The notes: generated by a model not told the origin, from the sequence alone. A stretch of DNA of 34,630 nt from Candidatus Mnemosynella bozhongmuii (GCA_014361165.1 JACIWD010000079.1:1-34630); one strand, 5' to 3'; numbered from the stretch's first letter, positions 17,752-27,636 are shown. Numbers and translations are program-made.

Positions 17752-18483
17752 TCAGATTATCTCGACAGAATAAATGGAGAGGAAAATCCTCAGATTTCCC
17801 GAAAGAGTGAGCTCAACCGTGTTTCCATCTCTTCCAATCTCGTATGATGCTGAAATTCTGGATAGCTCTTCCCTGAGGCATCTTTCCCATGCTTCCGGAA
17901 AATGACCGCTCTCTATTTCAAGATAAAGTTCTGAAGAGTCATTTATGGAAAATTCCTCTAAAGACCCTTTGAGGATGACCTTCCCGTAGAAGGAGGATTC
18001 GCTGATGTTCAGTTTTACGACAGGGATGTAAACCGAGATGTTTCCTGAAGTGTCCTGAAGGAAGGAGATTCTCGGCGAGAGCAGAGGCAGGGATGCAGAA
18101 GGATATGCGACAAAACATCCAGTGTTCTCATAACCAACAGTTCCCTTCCGGCTCTCATAAACTATGGTTTTCAGAGGGATCTCTCTCTCCAGAGACCCTG
18201 CAGAAATTTCGATTCTTGAGTCACTGTAAACAAGAACCGGGAAAGGAGACTGAAAATTAAGAGATTTTGAATGACTGAGGTTGGAAAAGCTGAGAATTGA
18301 GACCTCATTGATGCTCTCCGTTATCTCAATCATTGTATTCTTTGCATTCTCAAACCTCACATCCTCCTTCTGATTCTCAATCGAAGGGAGGACGTAGGCA
18401 TAGGAAAAGGCGATGAAAATGGTGAAAATTCCGAGAATGAGGATATAGCCAACAACTTCCGAGACAGCCCTTTCCCTCATCAT
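17752..18483 (-). CDS. Type IV pilin-like protein E (archaeal pilin N-terminal domain, DUF1628-like), 243 aa
   Basis: MMRERAVSEVVGYILILGIFTIFIAF matches the archaeal pilin N-terminal pattern R-[GA]-x-SEV[IV]G-x-[IV]L. Four N-x-S/T sequons. ATGA overlap with the upstream gene. Confidence 0.7.
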   Translation of the reverse strand: MMRERAVSEVVGYILILGIFTIFIAFSYAYVLPSIENQKEDVRFENAKNTMIEITESINEVSILSFSNLSHSKSLNFQSPFPVLVYSDSRIEISAGSLEREIPLKTIVYESRKGTVGYENTGCFVAYPSASLPLLSPRISFLQDTSGNISVYIPVVKLNISESSFYGKVILKGSLEEFSINDSSELYLEIESGHFPEAWERCLREELSRISASYEIGRDGNTVELTLSGNLRIFLSIYSVEII

Positions 18484-18941
18484 TCAGCCTCCGAAATCAT
18501 GAGGGTTGAGGAGGACGGATCATAACTCAACCGAACTCTATCTGAGGGGAGATAAGCTCTTCCCTGAAGTTTGATGTTCTGAGGTATCTGTGAAAGAGCT
18601 GCTCTCACCTCGTAAGTTCCATCGCCTATGGTGAGAGATCTCGTGCTGTTTGAGAGCTCGATGAAGTAGCCTCTCGTCTTCATGAACTCCGGAACGGTTA
18701 TGGTCTTCGCTGAAGATATCTGATTCCTCTCACAGAAAAGGGAGAATTCCGTTATTTCATCCGAGAGCTGAAGCGCAAGGTCGTGCATTTTCATCTCTCT
18801 TTCCCATTTTTCAGCACTCCACACAAGCGAGTTGAAGATTGAGAGAACGGCAACGAGAAAGATTGAGGAGATGATGATGTTCATGATAACTCCGATGGTC
18901 ATGGAAACTCCGCTATCACTTCTTCCCTTTTTCCTGCACAT
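18480..18941 (-). CDS. Type IV pilin-like protein D, ~153 aa (start uncertain: 18941, 18959 or 18965)
   Basis: MCRKKGRSDSGVSMTIGVIMNIIISSIFLVAVLSIF has a charged leader, G-V-S and a hydrophobic helix, similar to protein E. The longer 19028 start would overlap the upstream gene by 113 nt. Confidence 0.6.
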   Translation of the reverse strand: MCRKKGRSDSGVSMTIGVIMNIIISSIFLVAVLSIFNSLVWSAEKWEREMKMHDLALQLSDEITEFSLFCERNQISSAKTITVPEFMKTRGYFIELSNSTRSLTIGDGTYEVRAALSQIPQNIKLQGRAYLPSDRVRLSYDPSSSTLMISEAE

Positions 18942-20052
18942 CAAACTCGATGATGTCATATCCATAACCTCCTGGATAGTTGTAGTAGAAGTAAATTGTG
19001 TAATGTTTCGAGAGGTTGTATCTGTCATCGAAGAAAATGTGAACTTTGAACTCCCTCTCTGATCTGACCGTCAGGGGAGATTCCAGATTTACTGTTGTTC
19101 CGTTTGTTCCGGTGCCTTCCCATTCTCCCCGGGGACTGAAAAGGATTCTGCTGAAGGTCTCTCCGTTATCAGGAGTGAAGAAGACCGTCAATGTGGTGAT
19201 ATTCACCGAAGCATTTCCAATATTTCTGACGTCAAACTTCAGCTGATACTTCAGCTGATCATCATTAGGACCACCAACAATCTGGGCAGAATCCTCAACG
19301 TAAATCAGCCATCCCAGCGGAACTCCCGGAGAGGGAGCATAGAGGATTGAAAGTGTTGCAGAAGCTTTCACAAGGATCTTGCTGAATTCACCGTAAGCAA
19401 AGGCTGATATCGAGATGTTGAGAGAGGAGGGTGATGAAGAGTTCAGAGTCCAGCTCAGATTCTCAGAAGAGGATGATGGAAGAAGCTCAATTTCAGCCAG
19501 ATTTTCTTCTTCCAGACTCCAGTTTTCTGAATCATGCGAGAGTCCAACTCTCACGTCCCTCAGATTCTCTCCTCCATCGTTTATCACCTCAACACTCAGG
19601 TTGAATTCTGGGGCGTTGATGCTTTCTGGAGCATTAACCCTGAGCGAGAGATTCGGGATTGCAGAAGAAATTATGTGCTCTTCCTCAATGTTTCCGTGCT
19701 CTCTTCTGAGATCAATGGAGGCTCTCTCAATTATTCCCGTGCTCTGATTTACCGAAGGCATGATTTCTGAGTGAAGGAGATCTCCTGAAATTCCGTAAAG
19801 CTTCTGAAGTTCGCTCGAAATTCTCTCCGAGGATTCATTGAAGATCTGAGCTCTCCCGTCAGCCGAATCATTTAAATTCAGCTCCACAGAAAACTTCGCA
19901 ATTTCATCTCTGAGACTCTCAAGAAGCATCGAGTCTTTCTCTTCTGTTAAAATCTCCGTGTGACTCAACCTCACTGCGGTCAGCGTGAGAGTGAGAATCA
20001 TAATTGCGAGAATCATGCCGTAAAGCAGGATTATCTGAGCTCTTTCACGCAT
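18916..20052 (-). CDS. Large pilin-like/surface protein C with N-terminal hydrophobic helix and Ig/CARDB-like segment, 378 aa
   Basis: MRERAQIILLYGMILAIMILTLTLTAV. FNLSVEVINDGGENLRDVRVGL resembles a CARDB-type beta-sandwich. 13 N-x-S/T sequons. Confidence 0.65.
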   Translation of the reverse strand: MRERAQIILLYGMILAIMILTLTLTAVRLSHTEILTEEKDSMLLESLRDEIAKFSVELNLNDSADGRAQIFNESSERISSELQKLYGISGDLLHSEIMPSVNQSTGIIERASIDLRREHGNIEEEHIISSAIPNLSLRVNAPESINAPEFNLSVEVINDGGENLRDVRVGLSHDSENWSLEEENLAEIELLPSSSSENLSWTLNSSSPSSLNISISAFAYGEFSKILVKASATLSILYAPSPGVPLGWLIYVEDSAQIVGGPNDDQLKYQLKFDVRNIGNASVNITTLTVFFTPDNGETFSRILFSPRGEWEGTGTNGTTVNLESPLTVRSEREFKVHIFFDDRYNLSKHYTIYFYYNYPGGYGYDIIEFDVQEKGKK

Positions 20053-20542
20053 ACCACAGCACCAGCCTCAGGATTACAGGAGAGTAAAATCTACCTTCAA
20101 GATTCCGAAGCTCATGCTCGTTGATGAGCACCGGATTCTCAGCAATTCCATCCCTCAGAAAGATGGTTTTCTCCACAACAACGGCATCCCTTGGAACACC
20201 GCTGTCGATTCCCTCAGCAACCGTGATGTTTCCATCTGCACTTATGAAAATCAGAAAAACATCAAACCTGATGTTCTCGGGAAGGAGCTCTCTGAGAGTT
20301 TCCTCAAACTCCTCTTTTCCTCCGTCATTCCATCTCAGAATGCATCTCTGAAGAAAGTTCAACGAGGACTCATTCATCCCGTATCGGGCTTCAAGTGCAT
20401 TCAGAGAGGATATTCCGTAGTCCCTGAGCTGCTCTTCCGGAGTCTCATGAGATGGAAAGCTGAAGTACGGTTCATGAGTCATCAGGAAGTAAAGAGAGGT
20501 TAAAATAAGAGCCGAGGCTATGACTGCTTCAATCGTGTGCAT
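20045..20542 (-). CDS. Pilin-like protein B with near-leaderless hydrophobic N-terminus, 165 aa
   Basis: MHTIEAVIASALILTSLYFLM has a Glu at position 5, reminiscent of the mature N-terminus of type IV pilins/pseudopilins. 8-nt overlap with the downstream gene. Confidence 0.55.
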   Translation of the reverse strand: MHTIEAVIASALILTSLYFLMTHEPYFSFPSHETPEEQLRDYGISSLNALEARYGMNESSLNFLQRCILRWNDGGKEEFEETLRELLPENIRFDVFLIFISADGNITVAEGIDSGVPRDAVVVEKTIFLRDGIAENPVLINEHELRNLEGRFYSPVILRLVLWYA

Positions 20543-20553
20543 CTGGGCTTTCT

Positions 20554-21246
20554 CTACCAGACTCTCACCACCAGAATTCCGTTGTAGTATTCCCTGATTC
20601 TCAGCTCTGTCAGATAGATGATTTCTGGAGAGTCTTTCTGAACGATCACCTGAATCTCAAGATTCTCCGGATCTTTCAAAACAAATGTGCACTCCTCGGT
20701 TGTGCTCACGGTTTCTCCATTCACACTTATTGTTCTGTTTCCTCTCAGAGGCTTCGGACAGAGAGGAGAGATCTCAACAACAACTTCATCTGGATGAGCG
20801 AGAGAAAGTGAGAGCGATGAGGAGTCGTGGAGCTCGAAGATGCTCTCATTCAGAATTCTTGCGGAGACCTTCCATTCTCCAAACTCGCTAATCTCATCTG
20901 GAGGTCTTCCGAAGATCTCCTTTCTGAGAGATCCATTTGAAGAGACGAAAATGATGTGAACGTCTCTGGAGGTGCCGAGAAGCTCCTTTCCCTCCTCATA
21001 TTCAATCCCGTGGAGCATTTCAAGCTTCGAGAAGTTCAGGATGAATGGAGAAACACTCCACTCATCGCTCAGCGCAAGAAGCTTTGAGATTCTTCTCGCT
21101 TCATTTTGAAAATCCTCTGAGGGCGAGCTCAGAAGACTTCCTCTGAAATCCTGAAGTGCTGATACCGTGAAGATTAAAACAAGGGAGAGAACTGAAATGG
21201 CCACGAGGAAATCGAGATGAATCTGAGCCTCATGCTTTCTCATCAA
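20554..21246 (-). CDS. Pilin-like protein A, 230 aa
   Basis: MMRKHEAQIHLDFLVAISVLSLVLIFTVSAL has a charged leader, A-Q and a hydrophobic helix. Four N-x-S/T sequons. First gene of the five-gene chain. Confidence 0.6.
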   Translation of the reverse strand: MMRKHEAQIHLDFLVAISVLSLVLIFTVSALQDFRGSLLSSPSEDFQNEARRISKLLALSDEWSVSPFILNFSKLEMLHGIEYEEGKELLGTSRDVHIIFVSSNGSLRKEIFGRPPDEISEFGEWKVSARILNESIFELHDSSSLSLSLAHPDEVVVEISPLCPKPLRGNRTISVNGETVSTTEECTFVLKDPENLEIQVIVQKDSPEIIYLTELRIREYYNGILVVRVW

Positions 21247-21304
21247 AATTCATCTCAGCATACTTTTAGAAAATTCTTTCCCCCTTGAGAAAGTATTTTA
21301 AAAG

Positions 21305-22567
21305 ATGGATTCTTATCAGGCTTCGATGGAAATGAAGGCAATGAGAGAGATTGAACTCGAAGGACATCTCATAGATTCGCTAATTCTCCCGAAGGTCTTC
21401 GATAAAATTATGGACATGGGTGGAGATTTCGAGGTTGTTGAGTTCAGAATCGGGAAGAGGAAAACTGACACGAGCTACGCAAGGCTGATTGTGAAGGGTG
21501 AGAGCGAGGAGCATCTCGACAAGATTCTCTCCGAACTTCACAGATTCGGAGCAAGAGTTCCGGAAGCGGAAGAGGTGACTCTCGTTCCGGCTCCAGCTGA
21601 TAGAGTTGTTCCGAAGAACTTCTATTCCACAACAAATCATCCCACCTTCGTGAGATATAAGGGAAGGTGGATTCCTGTTGAGAACATCGAGATGGACTGC
21701 CTGATAGTCATAAGGGGTGATAGAGCTTTCTGCGAGCCCATTGCCCACATCAGAAAAGGAGATCTCATTGTTGTCGGAGAGAAAGGAGTCAGGGTGATAC
21801 CTCCGGAGAGACCGAGGGAAAAGAGCATCTTTCACTTCATGGGCGGAACTGTTTCCTCAGAGAGACCTTCCATGAGTCTGGTTAAAAAAATTGCCAGAGA
21901 GATGTTTGAGATAAAGAAGAGGGGAGGAAAAATTGCCGTTGTCCTGGGTCCTGCTGTTGTTCACACCGGAGCCAATCTGAAGATGGCGGAGATAATAAGG
22001 ATGGGATTTGTTGATGTTGTTCTCGGTGGAAATGCAGTAGCCGTTCATGACATCGAATCAAATCTCTTCGGAACATCTCTCGGAATGGACATAAAAACAG
22101 GAGAGCCCGTTCCCGGTGGTCACAAGCATCATCTCTACACCATCAGCGAGGTCATAGCTCATGGCGGCATAAAAAATGCTGTCGAAAAAGGAGTTATAAC
22201 TGCGGGAATCATGTACGAGTGCATTAAGAACAACGTTCCTTTTGTTCTCGCTGGTTCAATCCGGGATGATGGACCGCTTCCAGAGGTGATAACAGACACC
22301 ATGGTTGCTCAGGATAAAATGGCAGAGGCTCTCAGAGGAGTCGATATGGTGCTGATGATTGCAACAATGCTCCATTCCATTGCGGTGGGCAATCTGCTCC
22401 CTTCGTATGTGAAAACCGTTTGTGTTGACATAAATCCGGCAACTGTCACGAAGCTCGTGGACAGGGGAACGGCTCAGGCAATCGGTATAGTCACAGATGT
22501 TGGAGTTTTCATACCTGCTCTGGCGGAAGAGCTCAGGAAATTAAAGGAGGGGCATTCCGAAGGTTAA
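21305..22567 (+). CDS. LOR/SDH-conserved-region protein (TIGR00300-like; archaeal ornithine cyclodeaminase/arginine-dihydrolase-related family)
   Basis: [35 protein letters not shown] is the typical N-terminus of this family. The true start is probably ATG 21341 (or 21326/21332), because a TTTTAAAAG TATA-like box sits at about 21293-21301. Confidence 0.8.
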   Translation: MDSYQASMEMKAMREIELEGHLIDSLILPKVFDKIMDMGGDFEVVEFRIGKRKTDTSYARLIVKGESEEHLDKILSELHRFGARVPEAEEVTLVPAPADRVVPKNFYSTTNHPTFVRYKGRWIPVENIEMDCLIVIRGDRAFCEPIAHIRKGDLIVVGEKGVRVIPPERPREKSIFHFMGGTVSSERPSMSLVKKIAREMFEIKKRGGKIAVVLGPAVVHTGANLKMAEIIRMGFVDVVLGGNAVAVHDIESNLFGTSLGMDIKTGEPVPGGHKHHLYTISEVIAHGGIKNAVEKGVITAGIMYECIKNNVPFVLAGSIRDDGPLPEVITDTMVAQDKMAEALRGVDMVLMIATMLHSIAVGNLLPSYVKTVCVDINPATVTKLVDRGTAQAIGIVTDVGVFIPALAEELRKLKEGHSEG

Positions 22568-23494
22568 GTCCTCGTGCTCCAGAATTTCCATCCATTTTTC
22601 CCTGCATCTGCAGTCCTTCTGAAAGACACTTTCATCCTGAGTCAGCGAAAACTCCTTTATCTCCTTAAGAAGCTCTATGTCACACTCTCCGCAGTTGTGA
22701 GCTCCTCTTTTCGAGCCTCCTCCGGTGGGATCGCTTATTATGTTTGCTTTTTTCTCCGCTCTCTTCAGAACTTCCACAACACTCCAGAGCCAGGGAGGCC
22801 TGTACTCTCCTTTTCTGTAAAGCCTCTCAACCAGAGTCCCTCTGTGAACAGAAAGAGGATTTATCGAAATTGTCGAAGCCCAGGGGATGGATGAGATGGA
22901 GTTCAGAACATCCTCGATTGCTCTCCTCTCTGAAAGGAAGGGCGGTTTTAGAAGAAGATAAACTCTGAGATGCACCCCGAATTTTTTCAGCAATTCGGAA
23001 GCTCTCAGAAAATCCTGAAATGTGAATCCCTTGTTTATGCAGATTCTCCTCACATCATCATCCGAGGTCTCCAGACCGATACCAATCTCGAGCTCCGGAA
23101 AGATTGAGATTGCCTCTTCGATGACCTCCTCTTTTATGAATTCCGGTCTCGATTCAACAACAACTCTCCTGAGATTCCCGTGCTCGTGACATCTTTCAAG
23201 AATCTCTCTTCTCACCTCTCCCGGAATTTCTCTCTCATCGAAGAAACTTCCAGAGGTGAAGATCTTCAGCGCAAAATCTTCTTCTGGGAAGCTCCTCTCA
23301 ATAATCTCAAACTGCCTGATCAAATCCTCTGCTCCTGCTTCAGCATGCTCCTCAAAATATCCGCACATTGTGCATCTGTTCCAGTAGCAGCCTCTTGTCC
23401 TCATGATTGCAGTGACTACAGGAAGAATCTCTCCGTCAAATCTGTCAAGATCCCTCCATATTCTCGCGGGTTTCTGAGCTTCTTTAATCTTCAT
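22541..23494 (-). CDS. raSEA: Radical SAM enzyme for archaeosine formation (RaSEA-like, TIGR01210-like)
   Basis: Cluster motif [14 protein letters not shown] (Cx4Cx2C). Elp3-like radical SAM core. Immediately downstream of arcS with an 11-nt overlap. Confidence 0.75.
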   Translation of the reverse strand: MKIKEAQKPARIWRDLDRFDGEILPVVTAIMRTRGCYWNRCTMCGYFEEHAEAGAEDLIRQFEIIERSFPEEDFALKIFTSGSFFDEREIPGEVRREILERCHEHGNLRRVVVESRPEFIKEEVIEEAISIFPELEIGIGLETSDDDVRRICINKGFTFQDFLRASELLKKFGVHLRVYLLLKPPFLSERRAIEDVLNSISSIPWASTISINPLSVHRGTLVERLYRKGEYRPPWLWSVVEVLKRAEKKANIISDPTGGGSKRGAHNCGECDIELLKEIKEFSLTQDESVFQKDCRCREKWMEILEHEDLTFGMPLL

Positions 23495-25136
23495 CCCTCA
23501 CCACCTTTCCTCTGACGGCGATGGCGACACCGTAAGAGCATTTCATCATATCTTCCGAGCACATGAGGGCTCTTCCGACTCCAAAGACCCTGCTGTTCTC
23601 GAACAGCACATCATCTCCCGGAAGGATTTCTTCTCCTGCTTCTATGATTCCGGGCGAGAGGATTGAACCGCTCGGAATGAAATCGTCTATGAGAACTGTG
23701 TAGCCTTCATTCCCCTTCAGTCTTTCCGCACCCCTCAGTGTGAGGGTCAGCAATCCATCCTCCTGAATGGAGCAGAGCGCCCTTCCCTCAGAAATAACCT
23801 CAAGCCTCGGATACTTCCCCCTTATCTCCGCATTTTCCGCGATTCTCTCTCCCCAGCCCCTTCCAAACTGATAGTCTGCAATCGAAATGATGTGATTCAT
23901 CAGATATCTCTTCATCGAGGGCGGTCTCTGAAGTTCGATCTCTTTTTCGAGCTCCTCTCTGAGCTCTTCGAGAGAGCTGAAATACTCTATTTCTATTTCT
24001 GCAAGTCTGCAAACCTCGAGATAATCTCCGGAGAGGTATGCAAGAATTCTCTCATACCCATACCTCTCAGAAAACTCTCTCAGAAGTTCAGAGGCCCATT
24101 TCTTCTCTTCCTCATCCCATCTGCCCGTAACCGGTATATCATAGTGCATCGCCGGATATACTGTTTCGAGAAATCTCGGAACAATTCCAAGAGGCGAGGT
24201 TATAATCAGCTCGTCAGCACACCTTCTGAGCGGTCCGAGAGCCTTCGAGATTCTCTGATGAGTCTGCGAGAGAGAATACGGTTTCCTTGCACTGCAGGGA
24301 AGAAGCAGGAGAATTTTGGACTTGGGGGTCCATCTCTCAAGAACTCTCTCGGCAAATCTCCTGATCTCGGCTCTTCTCAGCTCATCTGAAGAATTTGCAT
24401 AGAACTTTGATGCTCTTCTGACTGGAACTCTTCTCTTATAGAACTCGCTTTCATCATAAAGTCTGAGAGCCACTGTCAGCCACGGAGAATTCCTGCACTG
24501 CTTTGAGATGTATTCCCGGAGCATGCCTTTTCTGAAGAGCATCTTTGCTGTTTCAAGCTCGGTCCAGAGAGCATTGAAATTGTGGGCATGAAGAAGTTTC
24601 CAGTCATCTCTCAGCTCCTCTGCACTGTGAGAAGAGCAGACCGGACAGGAGCACGGAAGATTCTCAATTTCCGAGATTTTGAAAGAGCCCTCTCTGGTCA
24701 GATATTCTCCGTTCATTGCAGAGGAGAGGCATCTGAGGTCATCAAAGAAATCTGCACCGAGGAAGAAGAGAATGGATATGTTTTCCGGTGTGGCGAGAGC
24801 AGGAAGATATATTGCTGTGTTCGGTCTGAGCTCTCTTTTAACTTTCTCCATTGTTTCAAAGAGCTCTCTTCCTTTTCCATCCAGATATCCTGATGCGCAC
24901 ATCACAACTAACTGAGAATCCACGAACTCAATCTTCCGGGGATGCAGAAGCTTTTCTGGAAGCTCTTCAGAGGGAGGAACTGAAAAGGGAGGAAGAATTT
25001 TTGGAATCTCAACATCTGCACGTTCAAGGAAACCTCTGATCTCCTCGTGATGAATTATGGCTGGAGTCTCGAATTCTCCGAATTTTCCTGTTCTCGCGGA
25101 ACCATCAATCCTCTTTATCTCGAACCTCATCGACAA
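23484..25136 (-). CDS. arcS: Archaeosine synthase ArcS (TGT paralog with C-terminal PUA domain)
   Basis: TGT-like N-terminus (FEIKRIDGSARTGKF), Zn motif CSCPVCSSHSAEELR, C-terminal PUA-like segment (...ILPGDDVLFENSRVFGVGRALM...VAIAVRGKV). Confidence 0.85.
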   Translation of the reverse strand: MSMRFEIKRIDGSARTGKFGEFETPAIIHHEEIRGFLERADVEIPKILPPFSVPPSEELPEKLLHPRKIEFVDSQLVVMCASGYLDGKGRELFETMEKVKRELRPNTAIYLPALATPENISILFFLGADFFDDLRCLSSAMNGEYLTREGSFKISEIENLPCSCPVCSSHSAEELRDDWKLLHAHNFNALWTELETAKMLFRKGMLREYISKQCRNSPWLTVALRLYDESEFYKRRVPVRRASKFYANSSDELRRAEIRRFAERVLERWTPKSKILLLLPCSARKPYSLSQTHQRISKALGPLRRCADELIITSPLGIVPRFLETVYPAMHYDIPVTGRWDEEEKKWASELLREFSERYGYERILAYLSGDYLEVCRLAEIEIEYFSSLEELREELEKEIELQRPPSMKRYLMNHIISIADYQFGRGWGERIAENAEIRGKYPRLEVISEGRALCSIQEDGLLTLTLRGAERLKGNEGYTVLIDDFIPSGSILSPGIIEAGEEILPGDDVLFENSRVFGVGRALMCSEDMMKCSYGVAIAVRGKVVRDED

Positions 25137-26574
25137 AAATCACCCTTGCAAGTTTTCTGATCTCGTCCATTTCCTCCAGATCCCATGAGGAATCGCAGAG
25201 AACCGTGAAATCAGCTCTGACATCATTGATGAACTTCAGAACCTTTCTCAGCAGAATTCTCCTTTCCTCTTCATAGAGATTCTCCGGTGCCATTGACTGA
25301 CCGGGAGGATAGCTCTCACTCAGCTCTTCGGGAATCAACCCGAAAGGAGCTTTCAGAATCATCACATGATCGAAATTCCCGGAGATGTTCCCGCTGCACA
25401 TTTTCACGAGAATTTTTCCACTGAATTTCATCCCTTTCATCTTTCTTTCGTGAAGAATGACTTCAGGTCTTCTGAAAGATTCGAGACCGGAGTAATAGAA
25501 GGTTGATTTCACGGAGGGGTCGTATTTCTCAATGAATTCGGAGTGTTTGAGGAGCTCTCTGAATGCATCCAGCAGAGAGGGATGGGAGCGAACTCTTGCT
25601 TCGAGAAGCTCCGCAAGAGATCCTTCTTCAATTGCCTGTTTTATTCTCCTCAGCTCCTCGAAGGTTACATAAAGATTGTGCAGTGAGAGAAGCCTGAACT
25701 TCTCATCGCTCTTCCTCAGCTCCTCAGGAGTGTGGGAAGAACAAACAGGGCACGAACAGGGGAAATACTTCAGCTCACTGAGATGAAGTGTTCCGTATTC
25801 AGTCAGATATCTGTCGTCTCTCGCATATAAAGCATAAGCAGCTGAATCGAAGAGGTCGCAACCAAGTGCAACCGCGAGACTCAGAACCATCGGATGACCT
25901 GCTCCGAAGAGATGAACAGGTGCGTCAGCTCTGAGAGCTTTTTTTGCTGCCATGACCACTCGCACGAGATCGGTGAAGCGGTAGTTCTCAAGGAGTGGAA
26001 CCACAGCTCCGACTGGATAAATGGAGAACGGATGGGATGAGAGAGCTGAAGCGCACCTCTCTCTGAGCTCCTCATGGGTTGAGCCCTGAATAACTCCCGC
26101 GACATCAAATCCCTGAGCGATTCTCAGAGCTTCGAGAGCTCTCTCAACGGATATCTTCATCTCCCTCTCAGCTCTCTCAAACGGTGCATCCGGAGGAGTT
26201 GGAATATCAAGAGGAACTATCACATCGGAATTAATCTCCATCTGGAATCTCACGATTGTCTGAGAATCGACCTCAACGTCTCCGTATTCATAGAGCTGGT
26301 ATGAACCGGAGTCCGTCATGACTGGCATCTCAGTATTCAGAAGCCCGTGAACACCCTTTTCAAGAGCTCTCTCTCTGAGCTCTCTGTTTCTGTAAATTAT
26401 ATATGAGTTTGTTATCAGCATCTCTGCGCCGCACTTTCTCAGCTCCTCTGGAGTTAGAATGATCTGATTTGGATTGATGACAGGGAGAAGAGTTGGGGTC
26501 TCCACGACCCCTCTTCTGGTTTTTAATCTTCCGATTCTTCCGAGAAGATCCTTCTTTAAAATCTCGAACTCCAT
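25105..26574 (-). CDS. tgtA: tRNA-guanine(15) transglycosylase (ArcTGT), 489 aa, apparently without a PUA domain
   Basis: FEILKKDLLGRIGRL..., catalytic TDSGSYQL, Zn site CSCPVCSSHTPEELR...H. The C-terminal extension is shorter than in the roughly 580-650 aa PUA-containing ArcTGTs. Confidence 0.9.
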   Translation of the reverse strand: MEFEILKKDLLGRIGRLKTRRGVVETPTLLPVINPNQIILTPEELRKCGAEMLITNSYIIYRNRELRERALEKGVHGLLNTEMPVMTDSGSYQLYEYGDVEVDSQTIVRFQMEINSDVIVPLDIPTPPDAPFERAEREMKISVERALEALRIAQGFDVAGVIQGSTHEELRERCASALSSHPFSIYPVGAVVPLLENYRFTDLVRVVMAAKKALRADAPVHLFGAGHPMVLSLAVALGCDLFDSAAYALYARDDRYLTEYGTLHLSELKYFPCSCPVCSSHTPEELRKSDEKFRLLSLHNLYVTFEELRRIKQAIEEGSLAELLEARVRSHPSLLDAFRELLKHSEFIEKYDPSVKSTFYYSGLESFRRPEVILHERKMKGMKFSGKILVKMCSGNISGNFDHVMILKAPFGLIPEELSESYPPGQSMAPENLYEEERRILLRKVLKFINDVRADFTVLCDSSWDLEEMDEIRKLARVIFVDEVRDKED

Positions 26575-26584
26575 GGAACTCCAC

Positions 26585-27160
26585 TCAGAGTGGCTTTGCG
26601 ATTATCTCCTTCACCTTCATATCAAAGAAGTTGTTGGAATGAGCAGGGAAGATGACTGCAGCTGCATCAGCTCCACTGCCGGTTCCTCCAACCGCTATGA
26701 CATCTTCTATTGGAATCGCTCCTGCATCCGCTGCCATCACCGTTATCTCAACGCAAACCTTCAGACCTCTTCCAAAGAGGCATCTCAGAGCCTCTGCTAT
26801 TGCCTCAGTTCTTGAGGCTCCACCCAGCCTTCTTGAAATCGATCTTTCAAGACCTGAGAGGGCATGCATCGAAGTTACAACTTTCACTCCCTTCTCCTCA
26901 AGCTCCCTTCTCACCTCTTCGCTCATCTGCTGCTCTCCCGGCTTTTCGAATCCGGTGTGGTGGGTGACCGCGACAATTTTAACATCAAGATCTCCAAGGA
27001 TTTCAAGAGCTTTTCTGGCTGTTTCACCTGTTGTTGGTGCAACGACGACATATCTGATGTCTTTTTTCTCCAATCTCTCTCTCCCAGCCCTGAGAACCTC
27101 TTCAGTGTTCTGAGGTCCCGGAGACTCAAAATATGTTATTTCCCCTCTCACGGATCTCAC
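26585..27160 (-). CDS. Pyruvate kinase C-terminal (alpha/beta) domain-like protein
   Basis: [16 protein letters not shown]...[17 protein letters not shown]...VTHHTGF...[14 protein letters not shown] is the pattern of stand-alone PK_C-like archaeal proteins. 10 nt upstream of tgtA. Confidence 0.65.
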   Translation of the reverse strand: MRSVRGEITYFESPGPQNTEEVLRAGRERLEKKDIRYVVVAPTTGETARKALEILGDLDVKIVAVTHHTGFEKPGEQQMSEEVRRELEEKGVKVVTSMHALSGLERSISRRLGGASRTEAIAEALRCLFGRGLKVCVEITVMAADAGAIPIEDVIAVGGTGSGADAAAVIFPAHSNNFFDMKVKEIIAKPL

Positions 27161-27195
27161 CTCTTTCAGAGGAGTAGAAAAAAGAGAAGAAAAGT

Positions 27196-27636
27196 CTATC
27201 GGTTCTCCTGAGATCTTTCAGTGAGCTCGATGTGCGGACTCTCCTTTGAACTGTGAATGTACCTGTATTCTCTGCTGGCTCTGTTACCTCTTCTCTCAAC
27301 AAGACCTTCCCGGCACATCCTCGCAAGGTATGTCGAAACAGTGCTGAGCTTTATCTCCTCGCCGTATTTCCTTTCATACGCCTCTTTGAGATCTCTCGAA
27401 GTAAACCAGATTGGAGGAAATTCATACCTCAGATAATACTCGAGACGTTCTCTGACAGAAAGGGGCTCAAAATCGGAAAAATTAAATTTTTGAGCGGGAT
27501 GATGAACATCCCGCCCTCCGCCAGATAACGGGAGAGCATCGATGAACTGGAGGAGTTTCTCCCTCCAGTGCTCGCCTTCGAACTCAATCGAGATTTTCGT
27601 CCCCTCATCATCGAATATCTCGATTCTTACCTTCAT
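27196..27636 (-). CDS. Hypothetical protein with C-terminal winged-helix DNA-binding domain
   Basis: C-terminal [40 protein letters not shown] looks like a wHTH (helix-turn-helix plus wing). First gene of the chain leading into tgtA-arcS-raSEA. Confidence 0.55.
   Translation of the reverse strand: MKVRIEIFDDEGTKISIEFEGEHWREKLLQFIDALPLSGGGRDVHHPAQKFNFSDFEPLSVRERLEYYLRYEFPPIWFTSRDLKEAYERKYGEEIKLSTVSTYLARMCREGLVERRGNRASREYRYIHSSKESPHIELTERSQENR

Noticed and set aside
13965-21300. Search for a direct repeat of the tRNA-Ser 3' half (GGTTCGAATCCCACCCCCGGC) that would define an att site and exact island borders.
   Set aside because: I found no second copy by eye; only a trivial CCCCCGG match on the opposite strand near 14141-14147. 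Island borders therefore remain compositional and inferential.
22541-22567. Convergent 3'-end overlaps: raSEA versus the LOR/SDH-like gene (27 nt), and rpl40e versus the TIM-barrel gene (20 nt, 4630-4649).
   Set aside because: This is common in compact archaeal genomes, and there is no additional structure or motif at these sites.
23350-23400. The Cx4Cx2C cluster motif of the RaSEA-like protein as evidence of a defective radical SAM enzyme.
   Set aside because: Elp3-related radical SAM proteins are known to deviate from CxxxCxxC spacing, and all three Cys are present. The spacing is noted as a detail, not as a defect.
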